The position numbers and the translations under genes were made by a program. Shown here piece after piece: positions 48,831 to 58,627 of a DNA stretch of 64,000 nt; position 1 is the first letter of the stretch, and each line of letters starts with the position of its first letter. The stretch is from the NCBI GenBank assembly GCA_041937175.2, contig CP166615.1, positions 1,696,001-1,760,000 of the forward strand. Direction: 5' to 3'. Under the pieces are notes generated by a model. That model was not told where the DNA came from and did not search any database. It saw only the letters and a program-made list of their open reading frames with translations. The stretch is from Limnothrix sp. BL-A-16. Its GTDB lineage: Bacteria; Cyanobacteriota; Cyanobacteriia; CACIAM-69d.

Positions 48831-49970
48831 ATGACCATCAACCCCAGTGCCAAGGCCCCGAAAGTGGGCGGCCAACTCAGTTTTTTTGAACGCTATCTGA
48901 CCGTTTGGGTGCTGGTTTGCATCGGGGTCGGCATTCTGTTGGGGCGGTTGTTTCCCGATGTGGCGATCGCCCTGGATGCCTGGACGGTGCATCAGGTGTC
49001 AATCCCGATCGCGGTCTGCCTGTTTTTCATGATGTATCCCATCATGGTGAAAATCGATTTCACCCAAGCCAAACGGGCCATGCGATCGCCCAAGCCGGTA
49101 TTGCTGACTTTGGTTGTGAATTGGGGGATCAAACCCTTCACGATGATCGCGATCGCCCAGCTATTTTTAGGCCATTGGTTCCGCCCACTGATCCAAGGTT
49201 CCGAGTTATTGCGTGGTGAATCCATTGCTCTCGCGGATTCCTACATTGCCGGGGCAATTTTGTTAGGCATTGCGCCCTGCACGGCCATGGTGTTGATGTG
49301 GGGCTATCTCTGCTATGGCAATCAGGGCCACACCTTGGTGATGGTGGCGGTGAATTCGCTGACCATGCTGCTGCTCTATGCGCCTTTGGGGCGGTGGCTA
49401 TTGGCGGCGAATGATTTGGCGGTTCCTTGGGCCACGATCGCCCTGTCCGTGTTGATCTATGTGGGCTTGCCCTTGGCAGCGGGCATCTACACACGCCACT
49501 GGATTTTTAAATACAAGGGAGCCGATTGGTTTGAGCAAAAATTTTTGCACTACCTCAGCCCGATCGCCACTTCAGCATTGCTCTTAACCCTGATTTTGCT
49601 CTTTGCCTTTAAGGGAGAGTTAATCGTTAACAATCCGCTGCATATTTTCCTAATTGCCGTGCCGTTACTGATTCAAACCCTGGCAATTTTTGGGATCACC
49701 TATGCCTTAGCGAAACCCCTGAAATTGGTCTATGAAGATGCGGCTCCGGCGGCTTTAATTGGCGCGAGCAATCATTTTGAAGTGGCGATCGCCACGGCGG
49801 TGATGTTGTTTGGGTTGAATTCGGGGGCGGCCCTGGCGACGGTGGTGGGCGTGTTGATTGAAGTGCCGGTGATGTTGTTGCTGGTGGAATGCTGTCGGCG
49901 CACGGCCCACTGGTTCCCCCGATCGCCCGAAAAAGCCACCTTGCTCGATCCCCGTTGTGCGCGTCTTTAA
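48831..49970 (+). CDS. acr3: ACR3 arsenite efflux transporter
   Basis: FERYLTVWV, APCTAMV, SNHFEVAIA and GVLIEVPVML motifs. Confidence 0.95.
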   Translation: MTINPSAKAPKVGGQLSFFERYLTVWVLVCIGVGILLGRLFPDVAIALDAWTVHQVSIPIAVCLFFMMYPIMVKIDFTQAKRAMRSPKPVLLTLVVNWGIKPFTMIAIAQLFLGHWFRPLIQGSELLRGESIALADSYIAGAILLGIAPCTAMVLMWGYLCYGNQGHTLVMVAVNSLTMLLLYAPLGRWLLAANDLAVPWATIALSVLIYVGLPLAAGIYTRHWIFKYKGADWFEQKFLHYLSPIATSALLLTLILLFAFKGELIVNNPLHIFLIAVPLLIQTLAIFGITYALAKPLKLVYEDAAPAALIGASNHFEVAIATAVMLFGLNSGAALATVVGVLIEVPVMLLLVECCRRTAHWFPRSPEKATLLDPRCARL

Positions 49971-50029
49971 GTTGTGTGTGTCTTTAAGTTGTTGAGCTTG
50001 GTGCCTTTTGAGATTGGGAGGGCAATGGA

Positions 50030-50446
50030 ATGAAATCGGTGATGTTTGTTTGTCGGCGCAATTCTTGTCGATCGCAGATGGCGGAAGGCTGGGCGAAAAC
50101 CCTGGGGGCGGGCAAAATTCGGGTGGTGAGTTCCGGTCTCGAAGCCAGCCGGGTGCATCCCACGGCGATCGCGGTGATGGCCGAAGCGGGAATTGAGATC
50201 AGCGACCAAACCTCCAACGCCCTGGCGGAGTTCTCGCCGGAGGACTTTGATGGGGTGATTTCCCTCTGTGGCTGTGGGGTGAATTTGCCGGAAGCCTGGG
50301 TGCTGCGGGAACGGTTTGAGGATTGGCAACTGGACGATCCCGATGGCCAACCGATCGAGGTGTTTCGGCGGGTGCGCGACGAAATTCGCGATCGCGTCAC
50401 GGCCTTGATCGATCAGATCAGCCAGATTAGCCAAATCAGCCCTTAA
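50030..50446 (+). CDS. arsC: Arsenate reductase (LMWPTP fold, cyanobacterial type)
   Basis: CRRNSCRSQMAE and SLCGC motifs. Confidence 0.95.
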   Translation: MKSVMFVCRRNSCRSQMAEGWAKTLGAGKIRVVSSGLEASRVHPTAIAVMAEAGIEISDQTSNALAEFSPEDFDGVISLCGCGVNLPEAWVLRERFEDWQLDDPDGQPIEVFRRVRDEIRDRVTALIDQISQISQISP

Positions 50447-51495
50447 TTCAGTGGCACTAAGGCTTCAACCGCCGCCACCAAGCGCGATCGCACCGTGGGC
50501 AAGTCGGCGGCCGGATCCGTGAGCGAAATGACCGATCGGGCTGTTCCCAGCAGCATGGCGTTGAAACCGCCCGCATCGCCGGAGCCGCGAAAATCCGTGC
50601 GCAGCGCCACGATCGGCAACTGACGCGCGAACGCATAGCCACATTCCCAACAGGTTCCCGAATCCGCATCGGCCCCGTCCAACACGGCAATCACGGCGTT
50701 TGCCTGATCCAGCCCCGATCGACAGCGTTCAAAAATCGCTTGCGGATCACTGAGGCCCGCACATTCCGCCTGGGGCAAGAAAACGGCATAGCCCAAGATT
50801 TGTAGTTCCTCGGCCAGGGTTTGGTTTAGCCAGCGTTCTCCCAAGGAAAACAGTGGCCCAGCCCAATAAAGCCGCAAGGGGCGATCGGCCCTTGGGGCGG
50901 CCAAATGGGCGCGGCCGGTTTGCAAAATGGCGTGAAACGGCTCCATCAGGGTTGGCGGCATGGGCCCCAGGGCAGTCACCACCTGTTCAGCCCAGTCGAA
51001 ATAGGCCTGGCGACGGGTGATCGACCAGCGTTCCGGCGGCGACTGATCCACATCCCGCAAGTTGCAAATTTTGTCCGCCAGCTTCACCAGCTTGGCCCGA
51101 TCGCTCAAGGTGGGTGCATGGTCAATTTGCAACTGCTTTCGCTCGGACTGGGGCAATCGCTTATCGTCCGTTACTTCTTGCACCAGGGCGGCAATTTCGG
51201 GGCCAAAGTGGGCGACCAATTCGGCGGCGGTGGTGTCTGTGTCCTCGATCGTGTCGTGGAGCAGGGCTGCCGCCAACACTTGAGGATCTGTGATTTGGGC
51301 CTCATGCACCAGCGCCCGCAACAGGGCGATCGGGTGGTTGATATAGGGCGATCGCTCTCGATCCTTGCGCCGTTGGTGGCGATGCTTTTCCGCTGCAAAG
51401 GCCAAGGCCCGCGCTAACAAATCCAGTTGGGGCCAACCATTGGGGAAATCGATCGGGCGATGGCTTTCCGATTCAGTGATCGGCTGAGGATCCAT
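50443..51495 (-). CDS. Mesh1/SpoT-like HD hydrolase fused to a nucleoside 2-deoxyribosyltransferase domain
   Basis: HRHQRRK..PYINHP, ALLHDTIEDT, VKLADKICN; then YWAGPLFS, DADSGTCWECGYA and FNAM. Confidence 0.85.
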   Translation of the reverse strand: MDPQPITESESHRPIDFPNGWPQLDLLARALAFAAEKHRHQRRKDRERSPYINHPIALLRALVHEAQITDPQVLAAALLHDTIEDTDTTAAELVAHFGPEIAALVQEVTDDKRLPQSERKQLQIDHAPTLSDRAKLVKLADKICNLRDVDQSPPERWSITRRQAYFDWAEQVVTALGPMPPTLMEPFHAILQTGRAHLAAPRADRPLRLYWAGPLFSLGERWLNQTLAEELQILGYAVFLPQAECAGLSDPQAIFERCRSGLDQANAVIAVLDGADADSGTCWECGYAFARQLPIVALRTDFRGSGDAGGFNAMLLGTARSVISLTDPAADLPTVRSRLVAAVEALVPLN

Positions 51496-51519
51496 AGAAC
51501 TAAGGACAAAAAACAGCGG

Positions 51520-52236
51520 TTAAACAGTGGGTGCAGCCGAAAGCGGGAGCACCTCATCCCCCAAGTGCGATCGCAACAGTTGCCAAAGTCGTCGATCGGT
51601 GAAGTTTTCAATCACCAACGAGGCCCCGGCTTGGGTCAGTTCCTCTGGCGCGTGGGTGGTGCTCAGACCCACGGTGAAAATCCCTGCCGCCACCGCCGAT
51701 CGCACCCCGGGGGGTGAATCCTCAAAGGCGATCGCCCCACTGGCCAGCAGGTTCAGCCGTTCCAGCCCCAACCGGTAGGGCGCGGGATCCGGTTTGCCGG
51801 GGGGTGCTTCTTCCGCCAGCACCACCGTTGCGAACCGTTCCCGCAGCCCCAAAGCCGTCAGCATATGGATCGCATTGTCCTTGGGCGCATTGGTCACCAC
51901 CGCCATCGGCAGATTGCAAGGTTCCAGGGTTTTCAGCAGCAAGGGCAACCCCAGCACCGGTTCCAGGTCGGGGGCTAACTGCCGAAATAGCGCTTCCTTG
52001 CGATCGCTCAGGGCTGCTCCCTCGGCCACGGAATAGCTGGGCAACAAATCCACCACAATTTGGGCATTGGTGCGGCCGCTGATGATTTGTTCATAAATCG
52101 TGGGCGTAAGGTCATAGCCCACTTCCGCCAAAACCAGTTCCCAAGCTCGGTAATGCAAGGGATTGGTTTCAGTTAAAGTGCCATCCAAATCGAATAGCAA
52201 GCCGAAGGAATTGGGCAACGAATCAGCGGACAACAT
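51520..52236 (-). CDS. HAD family phosphatase
   Basis: FDLDGTL, KPDPAPY and FEDSPPG motifs. Confidence 0.9.
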   Translation of the reverse strand: MLSADSLPNSFGLLFDLDGTLTETNPLHYRAWELVLAEVGYDLTPTIYEQIISGRTNAQIVVDLLPSYSVAEGAALSDRKEALFRQLAPDLEPVLGLPLLLKTLEPCNLPMAVVTNAPKDNAIHMLTALGLRERFATVVLAEEAPPGKPDPAPYRLGLERLNLLASGAIAFEDSPPGVRSAVAAGIFTVGLSTTHAPEELTQAGASLVIENFTDRRLWQLLRSHLGDEVLPLSAAPTV

Positions 52237-52333
52237 GGCAAACGCAAGGGGAGAAGGGGAAGGAGATGTTATGCAAGTCGATCAATGCAAACCAATTGAT
52301 TGAATTTGATTGATTGAATTTGATCGATCAACC

Positions 52334-52433
52334 ATCGATCGAATCTATGAGTTGGTGTTTGATTTTTGATCGATCGAATCCATAAGTTGGTGTTTGATTT
52401 TTGATCGATTAAATCCATGAGTTAGTGCTTGAT
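52334..52433. repeat. 35-bp tandem repeat, about 3 copies
   Basis: ATCGATCGAATCYATRAGTTGGTGTTTGATTTTTG units, contiguous with no spacers. Confidence 0.8.
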
Positions 52434-52494
52434 CGCGAACGCTTGATCAATCGTGAATGCTTGATCCTCAGTTTCGCAATTCACTCATCGGTCA

Positions 52495-52854
52495 TTAGCC
52501 GCCACTACGTTTGGCCTTATAGCCCTGCTCCACCAGCAACGCCACCAGTCGATCGGCATAGTCCCCTTGAATCTCAAGGTTGTTGTCCTTGACTGTGCCG
52601 CCGGTTCCGCAGCGATTTTTCAGAGTTTTCAGCAGGGCCTGCAACGTCTCGGGCTTGTGCTGAAAGCCGCTGATGACCGTGACGGTTTTGCCGCCGCGGC
52701 CTTTACGGGACAGTTGCACTTTCAGGTTTTGTTGGTTGGGCGGCAGGTCAGGAACCGCCCGGGCGATCGCGTCTGGATTCACCGCATCGCCAAATTCCGA
52801 ATAGACCACACGGCGATCGGGGCGATCGTCAGCAGCACGGCGGGGACTCGGCAT
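52495..52854 (-). CDS. yciH: SUI1/YciH translation initiation factor
   Basis: RKGRGGKTVT...CGTGGTVKD..LEIQGD motif. Confidence 0.93.
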   Translation of the reverse strand: MPSPRRAADDRPDRRVVYSEFGDAVNPDAIARAVPDLPPNQQNLKVQLSRKGRGGKTVTVISGFQHKPETLQALLKTLKNRCGTGGTVKDNNLEIQGDYADRLVALLVEQGYKAKRSGG

Positions 52855-52954
52855 TGGTAGCAACCATTCCTTTGCAGTTGGGATTCGTACATTATGATGA
52901 AACGACGTTAATCCATGCGGGTTTCATGGCCCTGAGTCGGGGTTTAGCGCCATT

Positions 52955-53127
52955 AGACCTCCTGCATCAATCAAGACCCTCACCCTAAATCCCTCTCCCA
53001 AGTCGGGAGAGGGACTTGATCACCAGCCACGAGATCGCTGTAACGCAATGGTTCTGGCTCCCCTTCGCCCCCCTTGGGAGAAGGGGTTGGGGGATGAGGG
53101 CTTCTAGCCGATTCGCGCAAGAGGTCT
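52955..53127. mobile_element. MITE with ends matching the IS at 42905
   Basis: AGACCTCCTGCATCAATC ... GATTCGCGCAAGAGGTCT; ATT target duplication; internal TCCCTCTCCC/GGGAGAGGGA hairpin. Confidence 0.85.
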
Positions 53128-53187
53128 ATTGCCCCGCCGCCGGCCCTGGCCCGCAGGTCGATCGCCCGTTTCGCCCGGAGGAGTTGC

Positions 53188-53631
53188 GTGAACGCCGCCG
53201 AACGTGCCCACTCGATCGCCCTAGCCAGCCAAATCGCGGCTGCGGTGAATTTGTTTCGCATCGCTTTTCCCGATGTGCGCGTGGATCTGAAACCTTGGCT
53301 CAATGATGCAGAAACCCGCGCCACCGTTGATCCTGATTCGATCGACATTGGGTTTCACTTTCCGGGTTACAGCCGCGCCTGTGCCTGCCGCAGTTTGCTG
53401 GTGCAAGTGCGCTTTTTTGCGGATCCGGTGGAAGACACCCAACGGGCGATCGGTGTGGAGGTGGCGGGCTACGACCATCGAGGGCAACAGTGGCGCTTTT
53501 CCACGATCGAGGCCTGGCAGTTTGAGGGCGACAGCCAACCCCGCGCCGAACCGGCCGATCGAATTAAGCATTACTGCCGCGAGGTGATGGAACTGTTCAA
53601 CGGGCGATCGAGCAGCGATTCGGCTGCCTAA
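53188..53631 (+). CDS. Hypothetical protein
   Basis: 147-aa ORF (DLKPWLND..T...DPDSIDIGFHFPG); function unknown. Confidence 0.7.
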   Translation: MNAAERAHSIALASQIAAAVNLFRIAFPDVRVDLKPWLNDAETRATVDPDSIDIGFHFPGYSRACACRSLLVQVRFFADPVEDTQRAIGVEVAGYDHRGQQWRFSTIEAWQFEGDSQPRAEPADRIKHYCREVMELFNGRSSSDSAA

Positions 53632-53720
53632 GTATGGCTCGATCGTATGGCTCGATCGCGCCAACTCAGGTGCAGCCAGTCGAACCGGGAGACGCGAGTA
53701 AATTACGAGCGTAAATTACC

Positions 53721-54383
53721 TTACTCCTGTCCCCAACCATTAGGATTCAGGGTGTTATAGCCACTGATCAGTTTCTTTTGCCCCTTCAACTGATAATAAT
53801 CATCTTCGTAGATTGAGAACATGCAAAGGTCGATCGGGGTCACTTCCGAAGCATTAATCGACCCGATCGCCCCGCTGGCTTCCAAGGCCGCCGCTGCCAA
53901 TTCTGAACAGAAGAACCGTGAAAAATCTTCCGCATTACGGGTTAATTTCCCGGGAATGGGTAAATTGCTGGGCAAATCAAAGGCGGAGCGAATTGCCTGG
54001 GCAATGTCGTAGGAACGGTGCTCGTTATGGAGCAAAAAATTATAAAAAGCCCGTAAGTCCATGCGATCGCGCACATCCTGTCTGAGGGGCAACCACCACA
54101 TATCCCCTGGATAAAACTTCACCCGATCGCTCAACCGATTGGCAATGACCCCGGCTCTCGTGCCGCTGGCCACGGTGGACTCCATCACCTGATTAAAGAA
54201 TCCCTCTTGGGCCTCTCCATAGATAAAAAGTTTGGTTTGAAAAACAATGCCAATGTGGGTGATGTTCGATCGCGTCGCCATCTTAATCAACGATGAAAAT
54301 CCCACATTGCTCGAAAACGCAACAATATCGCCGGGATTCATGGCTTTCCGAACTGATTCGTAGGGGGCAGATTTCCAGGGCAT
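53721..54383 (-). CDS. Permuted papain-like (YiiX/NlpC-P60-like) protein
   Basis: PGDIV...THIGIV followed later by YD...FFCSEL (His before Cys). Confidence 0.7.
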   Translation of the reverse strand: MPWKSAPYESVRKAMNPGDIVAFSSNVGFSSLIKMATRSNITHIGIVFQTKLFIYGEAQEGFFNQVMESTVASGTRAGVIANRLSDRVKFYPGDMWWLPLRQDVRDRMDLRAFYNFLLHNEHRSYDIAQAIRSAFDLPSNLPIPGKLTRNAEDFSRFFCSELAAAALEASGAIGSINASEVTPIDLCMFSIYEDDYYQLKGQKKLISGYNTLNPNGWGQE

Positions 54384-54665
54384 GAAACCTCTCCAAAGTT
54401 TTTGCTGAGATTGAATGAAATAGATAGATGGGAAAATTAGACAGTCGGGAGCCGCCAAAAAAAGGCTAAGGGTGTGTTCTCATATAGCCTATGATGTGCA
54501 TCCCATAGTTGGCGAATCCCTGAGCAGATCATGGGTAGCGTAGCCAGTCGCTCAATCGGTAGCGTAGTCAGTCGCTCAAACAAATTTTGAATGCATAATC
54601 CCAGGCGATCGCATTCTTTCGCGTCCTTGGCCCACGTCCTTGGCACAGTCGTTCCCTAACCCCCT

Positions 54666-55964
54666 ATGGCAGCCTGCTACGAACAACACGATTGGATCAT
54701 TTTGGGCGGAACTGCGGCCGGACGGCTGGCGGCCCAACAGGCGACCCGATCGGGGTTGCGGGTGGCGCTGATTGAGCCGTTGGAGCCGGAAACGCGCCCT
54801 TGGGCTGAGTTGCTGGTGAGCCAAGGGGCGGCCCTGGCGGCCGGAACGATCGATTGGCGATCGCTGCAACGCCAGGCCCAATGGCACGATCGCCTCTGGG
54901 GCGATCAACGGGCTGCCTTGGCGGCGGGTGGGGTGGACTGCCTGGTGGGCGATGGGTTGCTGATGCGACACCGGAACCAGTGGCGGGTGCAATTGGGCGA
55001 TCGCCTGCTGGCGGGGCGGCGTTGCCTGTTGGCGTTGCCGGGCCGATCGACCGTGCCCCTATGGACAGAGCGGGCCCCCGTGGCGGCCTACACCCCGGAC
55101 ACGATCGCCCAATTGGCTCATCGGGGGGTGCGGCCCGGCGAGCGTTGGTTGGTCACCGCCGACAGTCCCATGGCGATCGAGCTGGCCCAGGTGCTCCGGG
55201 GGTTGGGGGCCCAAGTGACCTTGGCGGCGGCGGGCGATCGGGTCTTGGGAGGGTTACCGGCGGCGGCGGCCGAATGGTTGGAGGCGGAACTAGAAGCCCA
55301 GGCGATCGAGGTGATTTTGCGGGCCGCTCCCCAGCAGTGCAAAGTGTTGGAGGGACAAACCTGGATTCAAGTTGGCGATCGGGCCCGGGAAGTGGATTGC
55401 TTGCTCACGGATGGCAACTATCAAGCCCTCTTGCCCAAAGGATTTGAGCAGCTTTGTCCCCGGGCGATCGGGATTGGCGATTGGCCCGCCAATGACCGAT
55501 TGCAACTGCCCCTCGCGCCAGAACTCTATGGCTGCGGGGCCCTGCTCGGAGGCCACCCGATCGGGGCGATCGCCGCCACCGAAGCCCAACTAATCATCCG
55601 CAATAGCCTGCAAAACCCAATCCAACGCCCCCACTGCATCCGCTATGAACAGCAGCCTTGGGCCGTGCGGGGGCCGCTGCCCTTGGCATTGGTGGGCGGC
55701 GGCGAAGGGCCCAAACTGCGCACCGCAACCTTGACCCTAGCGGCCGGCCGTTGCCAAATCCAGCATGATCACCAGGGCCAATTGCAAGGGGCCCTGTTAC
55801 TCGCGCTGGGGGCGATCGAAGCGATCAGCACCGTCGCCGCCCTGATTGCCCGATCGGGAACCATTGCCGACCTGGCCCACCTGCCCGCCACCGAATCCCT
55901 GGCGATCGACCTGCTGCGGCGCACCGCTCAACAGGCCCTGATCGCCGATCGCTTCCGCCAGTAG
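54666..55964 (+). CDS. Degenerate pyridine nucleotide-disulfide oxidoreductase
   Basis: DWIILGGTAAG, IELAQVLRGLGAQVTL and LYGCG motifs; no redox Cys pair. Confidence 0.7.
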   Translation: MAACYEQHDWIILGGTAAGRLAAQQATRSGLRVALIEPLEPETRPWAELLVSQGAALAAGTIDWRSLQRQAQWHDRLWGDQRAALAAGGVDCLVGDGLLMRHRNQWRVQLGDRLLAGRRCLLALPGRSTVPLWTERAPVAAYTPDTIAQLAHRGVRPGERWLVTADSPMAIELAQVLRGLGAQVTLAAAGDRVLGGLPAAAAEWLEAELEAQAIEVILRAAPQQCKVLEGQTWIQVGDRAREVDCLLTDGNYQALLPKGFEQLCPRAIGIGDWPANDRLQLPLAPELYGCGALLGGHPIGAIAATEAQLIIRNSLQNPIQRPHCIRYEQQPWAVRGPLPLALVGGGEGPKLRTATLTLAAGRCQIQHDHQGQLQGALLLALGAIEAISTVAALIARSGTIADLAHLPATESLAIDLLRRTAQQALIADRFRQ

Positions 55965-55969
55965 CGGGC

Positions 55970-56362
55970 CTACTCCTGTCCAGATACCAAGCTCGAGTAG
56001 GTATCCGCCGTCATCGCCCGATCTAATTCCTGCGGATCGCTCATCCGAATTTTCACCAACCAGCCATCCCCGTAGGGATCCTCATTCACCAACTCTGGAG
56101 AACTGTCCACCTCGTTATTGATTGCCACCACGTCCCCGGACACCATGGCATATAGCTCGCTGACGGCCTTCACGGACTCGATCGATCCCACCGATTCGCC
56201 GGCCTCGACTCTTTGTCCCACGGACGGCAGTTCCACAAACACCACATCGCCCAGTTGCTCGGCCGCAAAATTTGTGACCCCCATCGTGGCTTCACTGCCT
56301 TCAACCCGAACATATTCATGGGAATCGCTATATTTCAAATCATGGGGAAATTGGTTAGCCAT
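55970..56362 (-). CDS. gcvH: Glycine cleavage system H protein
   Basis: LGDVVFVELP, IESVKAVSE and VNEDPYGDGW motifs. Confidence 0.96.
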   Translation of the reverse strand: MANQFPHDLKYSDSHEYVRVEGSEATMGVTNFAAEQLGDVVFVELPSVGQRVEAGESVGSIESVKAVSELYAMVSGDVVAINNEVDSSPELVNEDPYGDGWLVKIRMSDPQELDRAMTADTYSSLVSGQE

Positions 56363-56501
56363 TGCTTTGCCATTCCTTGGGATCGTTGGAACTAAAGACT
56401 AAAAATTGCGAATTGCGACCTTGATGGGCCATGAGCCACCGGTCACGAACTGAATGATGAATGACTGAATCGCACGTGAGCGATCGTAAATCGCCCTTGG
56501 C

Positions 56502-56945
56502 CTATTGCACGGGCCCGGCGATCGACTGCAACACAGACACCAACTCCGGCGGCCAGCGACGCATCACCCGCCCCGTTGTTCGATCGACCGGTACTAGGGT
56601 GACACAGGCCGTGGCATAACATTCCCCCGTTGCCGCCGATTCCACTTGGTAGTCAAACATCAAGCGGACTCCCTCGATCGGCTCCAGGGCCACCTTCACC
56701 ACCACCGCTTCGCCCATCCGCGCCGGGCGGTGATATTGAATCCCCAGGTCAACTACCGGCAGCTCGCAGCCCATCTCCACCAGTTGCTCATAGGCCAACC
56801 CACGCGATCGTAAATATTCCACCCGCGCCGACTCCATCCAAGACAGATAAGTGCCGTGCCACACCACCCCGGCATAGTCCGTGTGATGGGGCTGAACCCG
56901 CGCCGGGTAAGCAAAACCCTGAAAATCCGTTGAATTTTGAGTCAT
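56502..56945 (-). CDS. YbgC/FadM-like acyl-CoA thioesterase
   Basis: HTDYAGVVWHGTYLSWMESAR motif; start codon uncertain. Confidence 0.88.
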   Translation of the reverse strand: MTQNSTDFQGFAYPARVQPHHTDYAGVVWHGTYLSWMESARVEYLRSRGLAYEQLVEMGCELPVVDLGIQYHRPARMGEAVVVKVALEPIEGVRLMFDYQVESAATGECYATACVTLVPVDRTTGRVMRRWPPELVSVLQSIAGPVQ

Positions 56946-57616
56946 CGGAGCTGAGGAGGCAGTTACAGAGGCATTCATAGCGCACATTGCAAAACACATT
57001 GCAAAATTGCAGAAGGATTTAATCGGCCAAGGTTCGGGCCGGGCCAATCCCCTTTGTTTGGTCAAACCGCCGATCTCAGGGGGCGATCGAACCGGCGATC
57101 GCATGGATTAAACCAGGATTAAACCAGCGATCGTCATTGGGTCCGAGGTCATTCAGAACGCAATCCTCTGATTAACAAATTAAGCGCATGGCCCTCAGAC
57201 CCACCACCCCCATTTAACACCTCCAGACCCGATCCCGTTGTAATTCTTTAAGGTTTTAATTTTTCCAGCAATTCTTGAAAAATGTAACTATTACAAGGGG
57301 TTCTGGCGGCAACTCAGGAATTCGGTGGTAGGCTTTAAATGAACTGTTGAAGTCTGTTGAATCAGCTCATCAACGGTCAGCAAGTGGTGTGCCTACTGTG
57401 TTTGTGCCACCCCTGACTCGGTTGATTCACACCGTAAAGAGACATCCTTAAAATAATACCAATCCTAACCAATACCAATTTCGGGATATTCGCCAAATAT
57501 CCAATTGGTTAGTATTAGGTTGGTATTAGCAGCTTATCGATCTCTTTTGGGTTCAATTTCAACGTTGTTCTTGAGTAGTTCTTGATCGGTCTAGCAACGC
57601 GACTCCTTCAGAAGCC

Positions 57617-58459
57617 ATGATTAAAAAAATCTTGTTCGCTGACTCGGGCACGGGACAGTCAGAAGAAATGCTGAAATTTCTGATGGAGATCCCCGCGATC
57701 AAAGATGCCCATGTCACCATCTTGCATGTGGTTCCTGGTCGGATTGGGTCTGACCAAATGACCGAAAAGCTAGAAGCGGGTGGCAAGATGCTGGCCAAGG
57801 CGATCGAGTTCTTGGGCTTACCACCGGAGCAAGTGTCACCCATGTTGCAGCAGGGTGAACCCAAAGATTTGGTGCTGCGGGTGGCGGACAGTGTGGACGC
57901 AGACTTGATCGTGATGGGATCGCGGGGTCTGAAGCGGCTGCAATCGATCCTGGAAAACTCGGTGAGTCAGTATGTTTTCCAATTGTCGGGGCGGCCGATG
58001 TTGTTGGTGAAGGATGATATCTACGTCAAGCGGATTAACCGCGTGATGGTGGCGATCGACAAGTCCGATGCCTCTAAGCAAGCGCTGCAATTGGGACTGT
58101 TTTTGACGCGGGATATCAAGGGTAGCCAATTGATCTTGACCCACGTGGATGCTAAGCGGAAGCCGGATGAGGTGATCAGCGGCGAGAGCGATGAGGTGCT
58201 GGCTGGGGCGATCGCGGAAGCGAAGAAGTTTGGGGTTGGCTACAAGGCCATTTCCGCCGGGGGGCGGGCTGGGGAAACCATCTGTCGCCTAGCGGATGAT
58301 AACAACGCGGATCTGTTGCTGTTGGGGTCGCCCGATCGCCGGCCGTCGGTGGCGAAGGGGCTGCCGGATCTCGATCGCCTGTTGGGATCGTCTCTGTCGG
58401 ACTATGTGCGGGTTTATGCCAACTGTCCGGTGTTGCTGACGCGGATTCCGAGTGCGTAA
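57617..58459 (+). CDS. Universal stress protein (tandem USP domains)
   Basis: LIVMGSRG..SVSQYV and LLLLGS..SLSDYVRVYANCPVL motifs. Confidence 0.92.
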   Translation: MIKKILFADSGTGQSEEMLKFLMEIPAIKDAHVTILHVVPGRIGSDQMTEKLEAGGKMLAKAIEFLGLPPEQVSPMLQQGEPKDLVLRVADSVDADLIVMGSRGLKRLQSILENSVSQYVFQLSGRPMLLVKDDIYVKRINRVMVAIDKSDASKQALQLGLFLTRDIKGSQLILTHVDAKRKPDEVISGESDEVLAGAIAEAKKFGVGYKAISAGGRAGETICRLADDNNADLLLLGSPDRRPSVAKGLPDLDRLLGSSLSDYVRVYANCPVLLTRIPSA

Positions 58460-58477
58460 GGTTTTCAGTTTGGGCGC

Positions 58478-58624
58478 TTGAGCTTAGGGCTTTGAGCGCG
58501 AGCCAAGCTTTTGGGGGCAAGGGGTTGAAACCCCTTGTCTATTTGTTTTTAGTGTTTGAGCTTAGGGCTTTGAGCACGCGCCAAGCTTCGGGGGCAAGGG
58601 GTTGAAACCCCTTGTCTATTTGTT
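58478..58624. repeat. ~78-bp direct repeat x2, each copy with a REP-like palindrome
   Basis: TTGAGCTTAGGGCTTTGAGC...GGGGGCAAGGGGTTGAAACCCCTTGTCTATTTGTT occurs twice. Confidence 0.85.
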
Positions 58625-58627
58625 GGT

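Noticed and set aside
52334..52433. 35-bp repeats as a mini-CRISPR
   Set aside because: Units are contiguous with no spacers.
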